From Schizochytrium sp. TIO01 (taxonomy: Eukaryota > Protista > Bigyra: Labyrinthulomycetes), in NCBI GenBank assembly GCA_004764695.1, contig SMSO01000005.1, forward strand, positions 558,001 to 622,000: DNA of 64,000 nucleotides, given 5' to 3'. The notes beneath the pieces are model-generated. The model saw nothing but the letters and a program-made list of their open reading frames with translations. It made no database searches and was not told the DNA's origin. Shown here one piece after another: positions 60,746-64,000 of the stretch; positions within the stretch are counted from its first letter, which is position 1; each line of letters begins with the position of its first letter. The position numbers and the translations under genes are program-made.

Positions 60746-62020
60746 TTAGGATTGTAGAACAGGGCGGCAATCTGCTAACATAAATTTAATACCTTGCTCA
60801 AGCTGCTTTCCATACTTTTCAATCCATTTGTGATAATCTTGCAATGGACCAATCTCCAAATCTGTAGAAGCAATAACAAGGACATCGCAGGGTCCCGGTT
60901 CGTTTGCATGCTCGTCTTCTGGTGCCACAACAATGCTGCCTGTTATTATCTCATGAGAGTCTTTATACTGCGGATCCGTGGCTATAGCGTGAATAAACGT
61001 TGTGCGCAAGCCTATATCCTCGCGATGGAGATACTGGCCTGCTACAGTTTGCGTTCGTCTGCCTACGACAACGCATGGAACATTCTTTGGTGTGCGAGTG
61101 GGCCGTAGCGTTCGACCCTGGGCAAGGAAGCCATGCAGACGTGATTCCGAGAGGCCATCTCGCGTGTAAGACTTATCCCAATTTTCTGGATCCTCTAATT
61201 TCCAGCTAGCCATAAGCTCAGTCAACAGACCAAGCGTTCTTGATCTTCTTTCTAGGTCAAATACATCTTGATGGAAGCCTGCAGTAATTTCTTTGTAAGA
61301 TTTGGAAACGACGTTCTTGAAATGAACACAAACTGATATTGCATTCATGGGTGCAGGTGACAGTTGCAAATGAACTGAAATGTCTGGAGAAAAGTTGAGG
61401 AAGCGTGGTTTATAAAGCGGCCAAGCTGTCCTCGCATGCGCAAGACCTAGTATATTACTAATGACTCTGCGACCACAATCCTCCATGCGTTCAAACTTGC
61501 TATGCGGAATTCCACGAATGATGTTACCTTGGGGATTTGGGGCTCTCCAAAGGAGCTGTTGCAGTTGCTGTACGTATTCACGGTGTTCACGGACCTGATC
61601 TCGAAGTCGGGCATTTTCCTCTGAGCAAGGCCCTACAGGTGGAAATCTGCACAGCATATTGTATGTTCTCTCTAGATGTACTGCCCGTTGCCGCAAATGA
61701 GCTACATCCATCTCCAGTTTATTTACTGTGTCTTCGAGCGCAAACCTTTCACAGCGCCTGCGTTTGCGTTCATTTCTCGAAATCTCTCGCCGCCGCTGCC
61801 TGATTCGTTCTGCGCGATCAACTCGGTCATCCCCTGTGTAGCTTGGTGATGACGTGGATCCATCTTGTGAGGCGTCAAAGCCAGACACTGCCTTTACTTC
61901 TAAATCTCGCCATTCATCTGCAAAATCCCTATATCCTTCCCCATAAGTGTAATCGTCACTACCTATCAATTCTGTAGATGCCGCATCTACAGTCCTAATT
62001 ATTTGAGGATTTCCTTGCAT
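60746..62020 (-). CDS. Putative non-canonical bZIP-like transcription factor with a second coiled coil and an uncharacterised alpha/beta C-terminal domain, ~424 aa
   Basis: Basic region ERIRQRRREISRNERKRRR is followed by five Leu in heptad register (L-EDTVNK-L-EMDVAH-L-RQRAVH-L-ERTYNM-L), then EENARLRDQVREHREYVQQLQQLL. First in-frame ATG is at 62020; the ORF track uses an upstream TTG. Confidence 0.7.
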   Translation of the reverse strand: MQGNPQIIRTVDAASTELIGSDDYTYGEGYRDFADEWRDLEVKAVSGFDASQDGSTSSPSYTGDDRVDRAERIRQRRREISRNERKRRRCERFALEDTVNKLEMDVAHLRQRAVHLERTYNMLCRFPPVGPCSEENARLRDQVREHREYVQQLQQLLWRAPNPQGNIIRGIPHSKFERMEDCGRRVISNILGLAHARTAWPLYKPRFLNFSPDISVHLQLSPAPMNAISVCVHFKNVVSKSYKEITAGFHQDVFDLERRSRTLGLLTELMASWKLEDPENWDKSYTRDGLSESRLHGFLAQGRTLRPTRTPKNVPCVVVGRRTQTVAGQYLHREDIGLRTTFIHAIATDPQYKDSHEIITGSIVVAPEDEHANEPGPCDVLVIASTDLEIGPLQDYHKWIEKYGKQLEQGIKFMLADCRPVLQS

Positions 62021-62845
62021 TGTAAGCAAAGATACTCGGAGGCTGGATTTGTCACAAAAGGTACGACAGCCCTATTGATCAAATTGAAGGAAGGGGATTG
62101 CTTTTACCAGTACACGATGTTACTGTCGTTGCTATTGTTGTTGTTCCCAATTTCTTCAGACGTAGCGTGCCGCTTCTGACATTGCCAATAGCTGCTTGTC
62201 TTTGGTCTTCTTTGGGGAAATGGGCCAGTAAAAGAAACCCTAGGCAGTTCGATTATCTACTAATCTAAAGAACCTGTGGCCCCTTTCCCCTCAACCCACG
62301 CCCTTCGTTGCTCTCTTCGGTCGGTGAAGCGTTTAGATGCGAGGTTTCCTCCACTACGTGCTTCTTCAATGCTAAACGCCCAAGTCAACTGAGGACACTG
62401 AAAGCCTGCACGGAGCAGAAGACCCGCACAGACGGTGGCAGGATCAACCCTACCTACGCCTCGTTGCCACGATGGTCGCTGCCGATCCTCGATCTCTCGT
62501 CGATTATTGGTCTCCTGTTGCGCTCTTGGCCACGCGGCCACTCAGACTCTGCTTCTGTGGCTTCTCACTGACGTGATGTAGAAAGAAATAGAAAGCACAG
62601 AGCCACTTTAAAAGGAAAAGGAGAAAGCAGAGAGAGGAAAGGGAAAAAGAAGACCTCAGATTGACTCAGAGATTGACTCAATCGACGAGAGAATGGAAGG
62701 GAATGGACGCCACGGAGACAGAGGCGCAGCGAGACGGAGCGAGACGGAGGCAGGCACAGGCAGAGGCAGAGGCAGAGAGAGAAGGAGAGGCGGGAGAGAC
62801 GGGGACCAGTTTGAAAACTCTCGCCAGCTTCGATAGCCGTACTCG

Positions 62846-62946
62846 GTATGTATGTATGTATGTATGTATGTATGTATGTATGTATGTATGTATGTATGTA
62901 TGTATGTATGTATGTATGTATGTATGTATGTATGTATGTATGTATG
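62846..62946. repeat. (GTAT)25 microsatellite
   Basis: Perfect tetranucleotide run. Confidence 0.96.
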
Positions 62947-64000
62947 CACTCTTCTACTTGTTTCCAATGTGCTGTTCTATGCTTTACAGTGTTTTCCGCG
63001 CTCGCTACTTGCTACTTTCATCAGTCTGTCTGCCTGAGGCGGCGGTGATGCAGAATGCACCTAGGTACCTATTTGTCGCCAACTTTGGATTTGCGTGGCG
63101 GCAGGATTCCTCTTCTCCTGCACTTTGTTTCGACTCGCTTTAGAAGGGTTGTTGGAAGACGCCTAAACGGGTATTGCCCGGAGATAGGTGCTGCTGGTAG
63201 CTCATGTAGATAGTTCGTTAGTTAGTTACACTGGAACAGACAGACGCTCTGTGTTTCGTGGTGTTGCAGGTCATGGACTCAGAGGGGCTGCGTGAGTTTT
63301 GTGTTCGAGAGCAGAGTGTTGATATTCTTTTATGGGCAGGACACATTGCAACTTGAAGTACCGTGGGTGTAAGTAACTACAGGACCTCCATCTGAAGCGC
63401 GGCATCACGTGAAAAAGAAATGAAATGAAGAGGGAAAGGACACCCAAAGGTTCATAATGTTTGGTTTGCAAAGGTTATTCGAAAGACACCTTCTTCGTGG
63501 TAGATGGTGATTCTGTCGAAACTGCCGAGATTTTGCTGAGAGTGAACCAAAGCAGGGTTTTGAGATAGAAGAATCAATCGTGCATGGACAACCTATTCGT
63601 AGGATTGTTATAGTTGTTGTTTGTTATAGGTCAAACTTTATAGTTTCAACCCCTCGCTGGCAAGTACGAAGGGAAAGTGTAAATATACATTCTTGGTTTA
63701 ACGCATAATCTCAAGAGCTTCCATGCTGAAAAGTTAGATAGTATATTCTTCTGATTTTACATATTTAAACCAAGTAAACAAGTTCCACCAAGGGACTTAC
63801 TTGGCAACTTAACCATGGTCATCATACTTTGCGCATCACTTAGATCACTACGTTGACATTCGTTCTTGATCTCTTCGAGCGCCTAAATAAGCAAACTGGC
63901 AGCGAATTAGGTCACCATATTTTTCCAAGGAGGAAAAACTGTATTGTGCTACCCGTTGTGGTGTAAAACTTGTAATTCTTCGCATCTCTAATTCCTATCG

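Noticed and set aside
62656-63143. ORFs with MYVC/HTYI repeats
   Set aside because: Translations of the (GTAT)n microsatellite.

Overview
Eukaryotic, intron-poor DNA that looks thraustochytrid (Aurantiochytrium/Schizochytrium/Ulkenia-like), inferred from the PUFA synthase sequences and the microsatellite-rich spacers. The main feature is the omega-3 PUFA (DHA) synthase locus. Subunit B (PFA2/OrfB, KS-CLF-AT-ER, 31014-37097, minus) and subunit A (PFA1/OrfA, KS-MAT-10xACP-KR-DH, 50125-59218, plus) are transcribed divergently across a ~13 kb spacer with no recognisable gene. PFA1 is split by a single extra G near 53038. Subunit C is not in the window. A non-canonical bZIP-like protein gene lies convergent with PFA1. 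The left half holds a ~123-bp tandem array (1-1195) and several housekeeping genes: an importin-beta-like HEAT protein, an apparent EEF2KMT-like methyltransferase/JMJD4-like hydroxylase fusion, a two-exon COX16 missed by the ORF track, a SET-domain (SETD3/LSMT-like) methyltransferase, a cysteine synthase-like enzyme, an RPA34-like Pol I subunit, DJ-1/PfpI and a Tpt1 with two tandem catalytic modules (also split by one extra base). The most novel-looking items are the methyltransferase-JmjC fusion, the double Tpt1, the bZIP-like neighbour of PFA1 and a bipartite motif shared upstream of PFA1 and PFA2. No tRNA, rRNA, CRISPR array or intact transposon was supportable. All family calls are from motif recognition by eye; no searches were run.
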